Assembly: GCA_000320545.1 (NCBI GenBank)
Contig: ADNK01002468.1
Location: forward strand, 1 to 64,000
Origin: Bigelowiella natans CCMP2755
Lineage: Eukaryota > Protista > Cercozoa
Length of the DNA: 64,000 nt
Direction: 5' to 3'
The notes below the pieces were generated by a model, which saw nothing but the letters and a program-made list of their open reading frames with translations, did not search any database and was not told the origin of the DNA. Positions 37,838 to 51,216 of the stretch are shown piece by piece; within the stretch, counting starts at the first letter, position 1, and each line of letters begins with the position of its first letter. Position numbers and translations under genes: made by a program.

Positions 37838-39435
37838 TTTAGCTGCTCTCACTTGCACAGCTACATATATCAGGTTGGCAATTGAACAAATTTTAATTCA
37901 TTCATTGCATCCGTCTCACATGCCAGTTCGTCTGTTTGTCATAGAAATATGTCTAGATGTCATCACAAGACGGGTGCAATGAAATGGCCACATTTTCATC
38001 TTGCATGCGATGCTAGCTAGTGTCTCTGCATGTCTTGTAGTCTAGCTGTGTCCAGCTGCGCACGCGCAGGCTTCCCGCAGTGCATTGCGCTTGCATGCGC
38101 GCATTGCACGTGCGCAAACTTTGTAGAACTTGAAAGTTGCATGATGGACTGCATGATGTAGTTGATCAATGAAATGGACTTTCATCATTGTTCAATGCTA
38201 GTGCATGGTCATCATCCTTACATGCTAGCATGGCTGTGCAATGCAGCGGCTGCATCGTTGATGTTGAACCTGTTGGTCTCCGCTGTGTGTGATGTGTTTC
38301 GTGCAATCAAATGCATGTTGTTCCGGTCTGCAATGTCGCGCATTTCGCACAGCAGTTCGTGTTTCCTTCTCATCAGATGTCAGTCTTTTCGTTTCGCCGT
38401 CGCGCATCACCTCTGCTAGCTCTGGTCGGCGAGTGGCAGCATGCGGCTGGCATGTGGCACGCTGTGCATGCTGGCATGCAAGCAACTCAGCAAGCAACAG
38501 CAAGTGCAGAGAGCGTGAACACGCACGTGATCTTCCAAAGAACAAACGTTGATGCGCCAATGTGCAGTGACATGGACACGGAACACACGTGCACACGTGA
38601 GACACGTGGCTCCCATTGAGATCACGTTGTTCGAGATCCCTGTGTGCCACTGCGATGCACGTGAGATTGATGGAAACTTCACAAAACATGGCACATTGCG
38701 ACTGGCAGATGTGTGGAGATCTCGAAAAAATGTGCGGACACGCCACAGAGATTCCACAGAATCACAAACCTTGAAAAGGATTTTGGGACTGCCTGGGTCC
38801 ATTTCCAACGACGTTCCCCACTAGCCCACGTTCTAGCTCACTGCTGCACTGCCTCTACAACATCGAACAAAAGTGCAGTGCAGTTGAAATTGCCAAGCAT
38901 TGTTGTCACATGGATGCGTGCCATCTGAAAGACGGGCACAATTGATCAATTGAACTTGTTCAAGGCCATCCTTGTGCGTGCAGCTGTGCAATGCAGCGGC
39001 TGCAGCGCCATCTGTGTGGTGGGCGATCTTGGAAAATTCGTGTTGTCCCGAGGACAATGTGAACAAGCAGATGCCTAATGCAACACACCTGGTGTCGTGA
39101 AAGATGTGAATCACCTCCTTCAATGCGAAGCGTGCGAACACCAATAGCTCAGATCATGAAACCAATTGAATGCGATCATGAACCGAAACGATGAGACGAA
39201 ACTACTAACTGAAGCGGAAAAAGAAGCACGGACCGATGCGCGCACTGCACGAACTCTAGAACTGCACGACTACATCGCGACGACAAGATATACATGGATG
39301 CTTTTGAATGCATGAAACACACAATTGCAGAGACAAATGGACACAGCATGAGCGCTGTAGCCGCTGCTTTGCATACATGTAGCTACATTAGGATGATCAT
39401 TGAAAAGATTTAATCACTTCATTGCATCCGTCTCA
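37838..39435. mobile_element. Nest of decayed non-LTR (LINE-like) retrotransposon fragments
   Basis: 3'-end copies at 37838-37918(+), ~38150-38400(-), 38929-39008(-) and ~39070-39435(+). 38680-38820(+) reads ...LADVW...ESQTLKRILGLPGSISND, resembling an RT thumb (E.Q...LKRILGLP.S.SN). 39072-39170 reads C..CNTPGVVKDVNHLLQCEACEH...NQLN, resembling the ORF2 C-terminal zinc knuckle. Confidence 0.72.
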
Positions 39436-39466
39436 CTTGCAACATGAGACATGTTCCTTGTGACTA

Positions 39467-40738
39467 TTACAGAAATACCCGTGGTGCCGGTTGAGACATA
39501 TCCATTGGACTGGATAACTTTTCTTCCAATATTCTGTCATGAGCTTCGACAGATTTACTGTCTCCACTGAGAATAGATTTTCCACCGTGGGATGGTAAGT
39601 TCCCGATGGATCTTCCAAAAATCAGCGATCCCATTGAACTCCTGAGCGAGATATTATTTTGAACTTTGGCCGTGTCATCCTTGCTTGATTCAGGCATCAA
39701 CATTTCACTGCGGACACAGTCTGCTTGGCTCGAGATAATAAAAGCCCCTTTGGTCCAGATATGAAACATGACCTCTCGTTTCACAATCGGGTTTCTAACG
39801 AAGATTAGGCCGTCGAAGAATCCCAACAATCCCATTGAAATTGTTTGAAGAAGAACCAATATGTGCGGAGATTCCTCAAAAGCTTGCCAGATGCGGTTTA
39901 AACTTCCGAACAGCACTACCAACGCAAGGACCACTGGCTGCGGCCGGAGAGTCAAATATATAGCCAGCGGATTGTTTGCGTTTGACATTTCATCAGAATC
40001 GCCCTAAACGTGAAAATATGCATGGCGGTTACTATTAAAAGTTTGATGTACAATGAATTGAACATAACCCTTGTCAATACTTTGACGAGTCCGAAGATCC
40101 TCGAGTAAGTCCACAAACAATAGAAGACAGCTGCCCACGCCCACATATAGAAAGAAAGCGCACGCAGAATCCTTACTGAGATCATTGAGTCGCTTGCGTG
40201 CACCCAGCACCACATCCCCGCCCACCCATAGGCGTCCGTAAAGAAAAAAGGTAGAACGGCTGGGAGAAGAGGGAATCCTTGGCACAGTGGAATAAATAAT
40301 TTCATCAACGATTTTCTTTCTCTTGTCGACTGCATTGAAATTGCAGACTGAAGGACTCTATATGTGGCATGTGCACCAGCACAAGTCCAGAGCATGGAAC
40401 AAAGTCCAAAATACCCAACTCCGAACGCCTGAGGCAGGCAAAACAACATCTCTCAGGTTAACAATGATACGCCTTCGATTACCCTATATCTTGTTGCGAT
40501 ATAACGCACGCATTACCTGGAACTGACAGGCAAATCCGCCCTGCGGAGAGTGTCTTGTCGAATTGCTCATCAAATGAACGATAGCGAGTGCACAGTCATT
40601 TAGCGCGATGAAACTGAAGATGTTGAATGAAAAGGACTCGCGCAACCGCTTGAGCAGCATGCATAAGACAATCACTCCGAGGGAAGACACAAAACTGATG
40701 CTTGCGCATATTTTCAATGCCAAAGAGATTGCAGACAT
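39467..40738 (-). CDS. G-protein-coupled receptor, cAMP-receptor-like/GCR1 family, 3 exons
   Basis: Seven hydrophobic segments, ACQFQ|AFGVGYFGLCSMLWT, YGWAGMWCWV and MGLLGFFDGLIFVRNPIV. Introns at about 40432-40516 and 40004-40080. Confidence 0.85.
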
Positions 40739-41104
40739 CGAGAAGAATCTCCCTCCTCAGGCCATCGATCCAACGACGCTTAACGCTCAAACTCCACTCC
40801 AACTAAATGCGGTTACGATGTGTCACTCAGCTCGTGGTGGTATCCGTTTCCGAAGCTAAAAAGTCTTGGGAAATTGCAAATAATCTCCTCCCAAACTCCC
40901 AAAAAGCTACAAAGTGTCCTGCATTTACACCAAAAGAAGATCATTTCTGTGTTTCTCTTGGTGTCTTTATTTTTGAAACGCACCGCGGTGAACAAAATCT
41001 TTGTCGTTGGAGCTGTGCCCCATCGTAGCTAGCCGCCCCCCCGACCACCGAAAACGAGAAGAGAATGATGTCCTAAGTATTCCAACCCAAGCAAAAAAGA
41101 AATC

Positions 41105-42134
41105 ATGGCTCATTCCGACGACGATGCAGCCGTAGCATTCGTGATTATTCTTCTGGTGGGCTTGGGCTTGGGTCTCGGATCCACAGTAACATACGCAGAT
41201 ATTCGAAAATGCTTCCAGCAGAAAAAGCTAGGACTTATGATTGGAACCTGGCTCCATCTATTGATCCTCCCTATAGTTGCACTTACCTACTCAAAGATTT
41301 TTAGTATCAAAGGGAACCTCTTCATCGGACTGATCCTAATGGCAAGTGCCCCTGGAGCAGCTCTTTCGAACCTTGTTACATATAAATCTAACGGTGACGT
41401 CTCCCTTAGCATAGTGATGAGTGGGGCGTCCACCTTCCTTTGCTTCGGAGCATTACCACTGCTCGTTTACATCTACTTGGGATTGGTCCAACCAGAAAAT
41501 GTTAATGTGAAAATACCGTATAAAAGCATCGCCAACTCGTTGCTGATCCTCATTCTTCCTTGCGGACTCGGCGTCACAATTCGAACCTACCGACCAGAAT
41601 ATGCAAAAGTCACTGAAAAAGTAGGCTCGTATGTAGGGGTTTTGTTCTTATTGATTTACGTAATATACGAAGGGGCAACCAGCAGATACCTTTTTACTCG
41701 CGGCTTCGGGATATGGTGGTCGTCAATAACACTCCAGCCTGTTGGCACGCTCTTGGGCTCCTTTGTGGCCCATATTCTCTCCTTAGAAGTCAAACAGCAA
41801 CGAGCATTAGCCATCGAGACGGGGACGCTAAGCCCTGCTGTTATCATTACTCTCATCCAGCTCTCCTTTAGTACACAGGATGCAGGTAGTCTTCTAGTCC
41901 ATTCCTCTTTGTTTGCACATTGCTGACTTAGTTCTTTCTGTACCTACAGAGGAGATTTCGATACCAAGCGTGCTCTACACTATCTCAATGGTGTGGAACT
42001 CCTACCTGATCATCTTAGTTTACAACGCAATAGATCGGTATTATGGTAAACATACGGATCCGAACAGTATAGAAATTAGTGACAGCAGCAGTCCACCCGA
42101 AGAAAAAGCCAACCAGTTTTACAGGAAACTGTAA
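41105..42134 (+). CDS. Bile acid:sodium symporter (BASS/SLC10) family transporter, 2 exons
   Basis: GLGLGSTVT, APGAALSNL, GDVSLSIVMS..ST, LILPCGLG and RALAIETG motifs. Intron at about 41887-41950. Confidence 0.9.
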
Positions 42135-42447
42135 AAACGTTGGACTTTCTCTCGTATCTTAAGTTAATAACATTTAATGTTTATTACCTAGTTGATTATT
42201 GGAAGCGGTGCGATGCATCGCCACGCTCGCACAAGCCACATACATCCAACATCGAGCAGGTCGTTGCGCTTGCTTTCGATTAAATTTTGGGCTTGAGGTG
42301 TGCTGGAAAAGCAGACATCTCGCAATATTTTGAGAGTTGGACAAGTATAGATTTTGGCAACACCCCTGCTTCAATCATGATGAGAGCTTTCGCGTTCGTA
42401 GTTTTTGTCTAGAAGCATCTAATAAGAAGTCCTGACTAGGCAGCAAA

Positions 42448-42910
42448 ACCAATCCGCTAGGGGCGCTTAGATATTACGTGCGCGCTCGCCCGGCGGCGGC
42501 TTCGATCCCAAGCTAATTTCGACTAGGTGTACAGAAGTTCATTTCACACACACGGTGTCGATACGATCGCGGACGCGCTATCATCGTCATTAAGGCTCGC
42601 ATGCAATGCAAGCTAGGCTGCAACATGCTAGCATGCCCATCATCAGCGCACACACGATGTAGCTGCATGCTACGAATGAATGCATCCTGATACGTTGCCA
42701 ATGCAGGCTGTGGCGCCCGCTTAAATGGCATAGCTCAAAATGTCTAGATGTGCACTGGTGCGCATGCGCACCCATTGCGACATCACATGTGTGTTAAACA
42801 ATGGACTCATGTGCACCCAGTCGAAATTAGCTCATCAGGATCGAAGCCGCCGCCGGGCGATCGCGCACGTGCATGATGTCCAAGCGCGCCTAGCGCGGAT
42901 ACGATTGGTT
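42448..42910. mobile_element. Fold-back/MITE-like element with ~105-bp imperfect terminal inverted repeats
   Basis: Left arm 42448-42560 (aaccaatc..cgtgcgcgctcgcccggcggcggcttcgatcc..agctaatttcgact) is the reverse complement of the right arm 42778-42910. No coding capacity. Confidence 0.8.
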
Positions 42911-42959
42911 CATCACAAAAGACATGGATCATCTCGTAGCCCAGATGCAAATTCAACGT

Positions 42960-43266
42960 TTAATGTGCCGCATCTGAACACCATGCAGCTCAGATTGCGA
43001 AACCAATTGAACTAGTGAATGCCATTGTGAATCGAAACAATGCAGACGAAACGACTGCCTGAAGCTAGCTGAAAAAGAGGCACGGACTGCTGCGCGCACC
43101 GCACGACATCGATGACAGGATGCAGATGCTTTCGAATGCATGAAACATAAACACACAACAGACGAGACAAATAGACATAACCTAAGCGCCGTAGCCGCTG
43201 CTTTGCATGGCGGCTACATTAGGATGACTATTGAAAAGGTTTGGTCATTTCATTGCATCCGTCTCA
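42960..43266 (+). mobile_element. 5'-truncated LINE-like copy (ORF2 C-terminus plus 3' UTR)
   Basis: Colinear with 39120-39435 (gctcagat..gaaaccaattgaa..gaaaaagaggcacggac..gaatgcatgaaaca..gagacaaat..catccgtctcac). Confidence 0.8.
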
Positions 43267-43554
43267 CACATGCACACGCTAGCCGTGCATCCCCATCACA
43301 GCGTTTTGTGCGAGCACAAATTAATAGATGCATGGGTAAAAATGCTTAATAATTTTATGCGTGACGAATGAAATTATGGAGAATAAGTATTCATCTTAGA
43401 TTAGCTTTATATCATTTTTCGTGATTTTGGGCTGTGTGTTGCAGGAGGGGCTATGTCATTTTCTACTTGCGTTTCCGATGTCTTATTCAGAGCCCTATGT
43501 GTTGCCTCAAGCTGCAAAGTGAAGTAAGGAGGAAGAATGTTTAAGTAGGACCAT

Positions 43555-44720
43555 TCAGGCAATCTAGGGGGAAAGTGGAGTTCGTACAGATATTCAATAT
43601 ATACATAAAGCAGACCTGAACAAGAAATGATTGGAACAGCTGTTTGCAGACGATTAGGTTTCCACAGAAGATGGAATGCGTTTTCAACTTCTTCTTCTTC
43701 TTCTTGCGTTGTTGCTGTGACTTGCCGCGCAAGTTGCTCGTGAGAGGCTTGATCGCAATGACAAGACGTAGTGCCTCGATTGAGAGATCAATTCTCTCCA
43801 CCCACCGCAATTCTACGTTCTGTTCCACCACATACGTCCTAAGTACCAAAAGGGAGGAGGAGGAGGAGAGGAAGTGAGAGCATGCGAATACGGTATGGAA
43901 GAGGGTAGTAGGGAGAGTTAGTCTTACTTATCAGAACGAAAGGAGCCATAGACTCGATCCACCCCTTCCTTCGTCTCTCGCAAGCACACGAGTCTCTCTG
44001 ATGTCAGCACCAGAACCTAAATAAAAGGCCCAGAAGGGGGAGTTAGGGGCGAGCGGAGGGTGGCAGGTTTCAGGCTAATCGTAGATGGGCATTTGTATGG
44101 CCTCCTCAAAGATGGACGCAACAACGCTTTTTACCTTTGTCATTTGGATGGGCTTTCCAAAGAAGTTTCTCTGTAGCACGCTGAGCCGCCAGTGCTTAAC
44201 GTACTTCTCGAGATGTGCCTGGAGGGTACGATGGGTGGGAGGAAAGAGGAGGAGGATGAGGAGGAGGAGGGTAATGTTCACTAGAACAGATACAGCTCTA
44301 TACACCACAAGAGAGGTAGCAAACGTGCATTCTCACTATCTTCACCCACCGTGTGGTGAGGGGAGCTTCGGGAAAACGAGGCTGCAAAGCTTTGAGCCGC
44401 TCCTCCCTCGTTGCCTCTTCCTCCGAGAAGGAATTTGTCTAGGAAGTTCTCCTTCGCCTTTGCGGCCCGCCGCGTCTCAAGATCCTTATCATGCAGGACG
44501 TTTACCCAGTAGTTGCGTTCTGTTGCATGTCGCCGCTCCCGCACCCGTCGTCCGAATTCCTTCGGCGGTCTTACTCGCGAGAGCTTTGTTTCCCTATGTA
44601 CGGCGTTTGTGTTAGATGGCGTGCGCTTCCACGCGCGGCAATTTATTGACGATTCTTTTTCCATTTGAAGTCAGAGAGAGGGGGAGAAAGAGAGAGGGCG
44701 GGAGCAGCTTGACTCGCGTG

Positions 44721-44773
<53 letters not shown>

Positions 44774-45210
44774 TGCCATTCTCTACTACGCACGATTCCG
44801 CTTCTCTGCGGCGCATACGTGTAAAGGTAAGTCGACTGTTACGATTCAATCATGTGTTCGTCGTTCAAATGGGGTATTTTGTTGAAATAAATAGTGTGTG
44901 AATATATAATCCTCACTTGCGCCCCCATCGATGCACCAGTTTCCCGGCTTTCTTGGAGGACTGGCGGAAGCCTTGAGTTGTCTGCGACACCATGCCGAAT
45001 GCACCTGCCACAGGCTTCACCACCACACCCGCAAGGCCTGACGAAAATCGGTCAAGTGATGGCATTGTCGTAGCTATGTGACGATATTGTGATGTTGATG
45101 AGGGGCTAGAGGCGATATCAGCTGTAAGGAGAGGATACAGTGCGAAGTTGAAAGGCGACAGAGAACGGTGAAGATACCACCGAAAACTCATTCCTTCTTC
45201 CCCCCTCCAG

Positions 45211-45247
<37 letters not shown>

Positions 45248-45658
45248 CATGTTCTTTTATTTCTCTTTTGCATGAGGAGGCGCACCTTTCCCCGCGCCCT
45301 TGAAGAATCCAACGACGCCTCCCTTCATAGCGCCTGTGTGATAATTACCGCAACTTTATTGAATGTAAATTTACACAGAGCAGTAGCAGTAGCAGTAGCA
45401 GTAGCAGTAGCAGTAGCAGTAGCAGCAGCGGAATCGGTCTACGCAATCCTCTCTCTTCTCCTCTTTGCAAACCTTGAATAGGCGCTCGTACAATGCCTGT
45501 AACTCCATCTACAATGCCCAAACCGAGCTCTTGGAAGCCCTATACAAACAAACGATACATACCATGGACGACAATCACCACCCAATGCGTTGGTTGCCGC
45601 ATATGTAACTAGCTACCCCCCCGCCCCCCCCCCCCTTCCCCCTTTCTCCCTATCTTTG

Positions 45659-45694
<36 letters not shown>

Positions 45695-46007
45695 ATACAC
45701 ACATACACACATACACACAGATACGCGTGCGCACAATCAATAATTCATACCTTGAAGATGCCATCCGCGATGTTTGTGGCCTTGCCGACGTTTTGCTTCC
45801 GCCTCAAGTAGACTGGGTCAAACGACAGCTGCGCAATAGCATTTCCAACCGTGCCGGTGATTTTGGATGCTGTGTTTGTTACACCTCCAAGCGATGAGGT
45901 CACAAGCGACGCTGCTCCTTTGGCCAGGCCCTGATATTCAAATACCAACGAAAAAGAGCAGCGACAATGAGGAGAGGCCTAGAGGCGGACGGGTGGGAAA
46001 TCGACGG

Positions 46008-46049
<42 letters not shown>

Positions 46050-48361
46050 CGCTGCTTTGTGCATCGATAATCGGGAGCCGAGGCACACACGAACACACGC
46101 ACACACGCAAAATACACGCAAAACGGGAGAAAGGGCGGCCTCTTCCATCCACCACCCTCTACCAAAGCTCACCTTGCCGAACTCTTTCGGATTCTTCTGT
46201 ATTCCCTAAAGGGGTAAATGAACGTGAAAAGCAAAAGAAAATGAGCGAAGATGAGGACGGCGATTTCAGATGGCAATAGTGCCTACGACGATGACGACGA
46301 TAGAGCTTCGACAATGCGCAGCCAACAAGTGCGACTATCTGCAAACCAGATATGACGTCGAAACGCACCAGGAGAGGGTCCGCTACGAAGTCGTAGAGGC
46401 CTTGGCCAAGGGATGAAAACAGCCCAAAAGGGTTACCGAGGGCGTCCATGGACCCCACGATCTTTTGAGGAAGAGAGAAGGGAGAGGGAGGGAGGGAGGG
46501 AGGGAGGGAGGGAGAGGAGGTAGATTATGGTGTGATTATGGTAATGCTAATAATGAATTCTACTTCCAAATTCAGGCGCGCACACTGACCAAACCTTATA
46601 AAACTCGAAGATGAACTGTCTCGAGTAGTGAAGTAGCACGATTCGTGTGAGCTAGAGGATAGGAGCGACGGGATGGGAGGGAGAAGAAAATTATTAGGGA
46701 GGGAGAGAAAGGTAGATAAATAATAGAGAGAGAGAGAAAGAGCGAGCGAGCGAGAGAGAGGGGGAGAGAGAGAGAGGGAACTGAACGACCGAGAGGTGGA
46801 GGAAAAATAATGGGGGGACTTGCATAGAATCATGCAGCATCATTCGTATTTTTTCACCTGATCGATGTCCTGGAATACATGTTGCATTGTCAGTCCGTTC
46901 AGGTCGAGCGGTGCCTCGTCCACGCCCTTCGTTGCATCGCACGAGCAAGACGCGATGGAAAAACCATAAGGAGAGGGTTAGAGGATAGAATCACACACAC
47001 ACACACACACACGCACATGTGCACATGCTCATACATTGTCACACACAAACACACAATATCATAGTTAAGGCCAATACCGGGAGGCCCAAAGTTTGGGCGC
47101 GATAAAGAGTGACGGCGGGGTGGTCGCTCACCATTGCGCTTGCAGGCGCCGTGGTGATATTCATCTCAACCTAGGGTACACCGACAAACAACGACGGAGA
47201 CATAAATCTCGGAATAAAAGAGGCATCATGTGCATAGCACCACGCTTCTACAAATATCATCGGTGTCTATTTGGAGTGCAGCCATCATCAACCGTTGTTG
47301 TAGCACCAGCAGCTGTCGTCGTTACCTTGTGAAGGGAGAGATAAGCGAGGTATATCTGTGTCGCCAGGCCTCCACGGTATGCGACCTTACGTTCCAGGCT
47401 TCCCGCCTCCAGCGATAGCGGGTCGACAACCTTTATATGCGCAAGAAGAGGGTGGGGGGGGGGGGGGAGGTAGTGTTTGTGTGTTCTTCGATGTGTAGAG
47501 ACCACGGTGATCTGATCTCCTATTCTCTACTCTACTTAAGTACCTGAACCAGCCAATCTTGGGTGAGGCCCTCTTCGTCCTCCTCCTCATCGTCATTTTT
47601 CTCCTCGTTTTCTCCTTGGGAGTCGTTCGCACCCTTCCCTTCCACCTCACCATCCTCTATTTCTCCGTCGTCGTTGTTGAAGGGTTGCGCTCTTCCCTCT
47701 AGCTCTGCACTCCTCCTCATCCTCCTCCTCCTCCTTCTTTTCCTCTTCTTGTCTTTGCAGCTCTTATCCCCGTCAATGATGAGATTTAGAGAGCTACCGA
47801 GTCGGGTCAGATCCGAGGCGTGAAGCCATGCAAATAACCGCGCCAGTAAGTACTCGTCCAGCTGCAGCAAAAAGCGTGCGAACTTGATGTCGCAGTAGTC
47901 CAGAATCATTAGGTTTCGTGCCGATGCGGACCGGGTCGCTGTGATCATGAAATTCGGTCGTTTCTCCTCCTTGTTTTCGTCCTGCAACGCCGCGCATTTG
48001 GGGGGGGGGGGGAGCGGAGGGGGCAAGAGCGAGCGCGGAGAGGGGGAAAGAGAGAATCACGGAAGTCGGAACGGCGAACACAGGCACCGAGGGTAGGACT
48101 CATGTTGCGTCACTGCTACATGCATAAACGCTGTCCCCTAGTGCGACAGGGTTATGACGTAGAGATTGTCTTTCTTGCAGGAATAATGTACTTACACCGT
48201 TCGTGTTTTCGTTAGTTCATGGAAATCTCACGAGTTGTATGGTCGCATAATTTGTGTGTGATGTGATGATATCTCCTGCTATTATTATTCCTCACTGGAT
48301 GATCCATCTCCGATATCAACACGACAGGATGGGCGCCCTACAATTATAGCATAACACACAT

Positions 48362-48394
<33 letters not shown>

Positions 48395-49322
48395 ATATGT
48401 ATATATATATATATATAATATGTATAAATATATTATAAATGGAAAGAACAGAGAGAGAGTGAGAGATGCCGATTGAGATGTTTAATTCAACACATAAGCA
48501 CAAACCAGAGCCTCCACTTCCTGCCCCCTCCTCCCATATCCCTCAGCTACTACTACTACTACTGCAACTACTACTACTACTACTACTAACACACACATGG
48601 GCTAGATTATTGTCGATTTGGACGTGCTTGACAGAGAGGGAGAGGTGCTGCGAGTTGTCCGTCTCTGCAACCTCCCCGACCATCACCGAGATGCCACCAA
48701 GGTAAATGAACATCAGCTCCTCCCGCTTCTTTAGCGTCCTACGCCTTCGCAGCTGTCTCCGACCTAGTACATCCTGCTGATGCAAGCGCCATCGCCTTCG
48801 CCTTCGCTGTTGCTCTTCCTCCCCCTCCGCCTCCTCCTCCTCCTCCTGTTTATCGCAAGATATCTGCCCTTCCCCGTCCAGCTTTCGCTCTCGCACGGTT
48901 CGTTCTACGACTTCTTCCCGGTCGTTTCCTTTGCTCTCTCGATCATGAGAACGAGCCGGAGGAACCGGAGGAAGGGCCGAGGGCAGCACCGCCACCACCT
49001 CCTTCGCGCCGCCTTTGTCCTCTCTGTTTTCCCTTGCGGGTGCGGACTGAAGATTCGACGGGGGGATGGCGGAGGTCGGCGGAGAGCCGCTAGGCACAAC
49101 AGCAGGTCCAGCAGCGTCGTCGCTTGATGCTGGAGCTCCTCGTATCGTTCTTGAAGATTGCGTGGGGAGTGAAAGACTAGCACTCGACCTGAGCCGTAGA
49201 TCTTCTGGCGATAGCAAGGAGGAGGAGAGAGGAGGAGGAGAGAGGAGGTTAGAAATCGGACCGAGGAGGGGAGAACGACATAAAAGAGAGGAAGAGGAAG
49301 AGAAACAGAGCGAGCGAGGCCG

Positions 49323-49390
<68 letters not shown>

Positions 49391-51183
49391 GGATGACAAA
49401 CGAACTCCTTACACTTTCATGATGCCAGCAGCACAACAAAAGTCAGCTGCCCTCGCTCGCACGCATGTCCCTTTCCACTGTACCCTACCTACCGTAGATA
49501 TAGTCCTCCTCCCGGCGCCGGCGCACGGTGGCCTTGTGCTTATTGTCAATAATACTGACACCGAGGCCTCCAAGCTTGACTGACACCGACAGGTGCCTCA
49601 CCCCATCCCCGTAGAGCATGCTCTTCAACCCAAGAGATCTGTTTGTGGACAGGGACTTCTGCGCCATAATCGACGACGATGCTGCCCGCTTATTATGCTT
49701 CTTCTTCTTCTTCGATGAGGCAGCTGCCGCCGTCGCCTGTTGGGATACGAGCTCTATGCGCAGCACGCGCGTCGGCCCGGAGGCGTAGACCTCGGGGAGG
49801 AACTGCACGGCGTACGAGTCATAGGCCCACCGCAGCTTAGCTTTGCCGTCGTTCTGCCACCGCTGCCTCTCCTCCTCCTCCTCCTCCCTTTCGCGAGCCT
49901 CCTCCTCCTCCTCATAGTCCGTGAAGCCGCCCCCACCCCCAATTCTCCTCGTCCTTCTACTCCTCCGTCCTTCAGTGATAGTGGCGGGAGGCTCGACTCG
50001 GTCAAAGGTCTGGAGGTTGTAGCGCCACACGGTGTGCGACTGGTGCATCATGAGCGGCCCTGCGCTGGTGCTGGCTGCCTGGGAAGCGGCCATAGAGTAG
50101 TCACTGTTGCTATCACGCTTTTGGCGTCCCCGGTCCTGCCGCCGACGGAAGAGCTTGCCAAAGAACCCACGCCGACGCGTTTTGGTAGTCCCATCAGTTG
50201 AAGCTCTCTGTATAGATTCCAATGGCCGCTCGCTGTAGTTTCGGGAGGAAGTTGGGCTTCGAGACGAGCGCGAGGAGCGACTTTTACCGGCTGCCGTTGC
50301 CGATGGGGCGCGGCCATGACGTCGCCCTCCACCCTGCGACGAGTAGTGGGAGAGTTTCGTTTCACGGCCTTCCTCGAGAGCCATCTCCGTGTTCAGGGCG
50401 GTCTCTCGGAGTGCCATCAGCCAATGGTTGCGCTCTTGCATAGAGCCCATCTCCAGGAGGAGGGAGGGAACGAAGCCGTAGTTCGGGCAGCTCTTGCCGA
50501 ACACCTAGAAGAATATATTAGAGAAACGAGAAAGGATGAGGCGCTGATAATTCGAGAAGGAACACGAGTTCCTTCCCACCTGATGACCACTTGTCGTCAT
50601 CATCGTCATCGTCGTCGTCAACATCACCAACAACACCTCTTACCTGCTGCTGCATTTCCATCGCCCTTTCACACAACTCGACCCGAATCAGCCACCGGTG
50701 CTGCTTCCCTCCCCTCCCCCTCCCCGTGAGGAGCAGCGGGGAAATCCGCGCACCCGCGAGGGAGAGCGCGATGACGTTCGCGCCGGTCTTGGTGAACACA
50801 TCGCTCGGACGGATGGCAAGCATCCTTCGGTGCTCCTCATTGATCATGCGGTCAAATCGCCGGTCGATGTCGTTGTTGCCGATTTCACTGGCGTGTCCAC
50901 TACTGTTGGTGTTGGAACGACTACCGAACAGCGTCGCGCGCGATGCCAGGGATTTCGATTCGGGTGACGGTTTCCCCCCCTTGTTCCCGGTTTTGATGGC
51001 CTTCTCCTCGTCCTTTTCATTCTTCTTACACTCGTCACCATCTCTGGGAACTTTCTCGTCGCAGTCATCACCTACGTTTCTCTTGCCGCTGCGATCGGAT
51101 TGATGTTGCTTCTTCCCCTCCCCGTTGCTGCTCTTCACGTTCTCCTTATTGTCGTGGGAATATCCACCATCGTCATCACCACT

Positions 51184-51216
<33 letters not shown>

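Noticed and set aside
37838-39435. CpG-methylation decay or classical RIP as the cause of TG/CA excess
   Set aside because: CpG is retained, and TA is depleted rather than enriched. TA, TG and CA alleles at one site are most simply explained by a TA ancestor.
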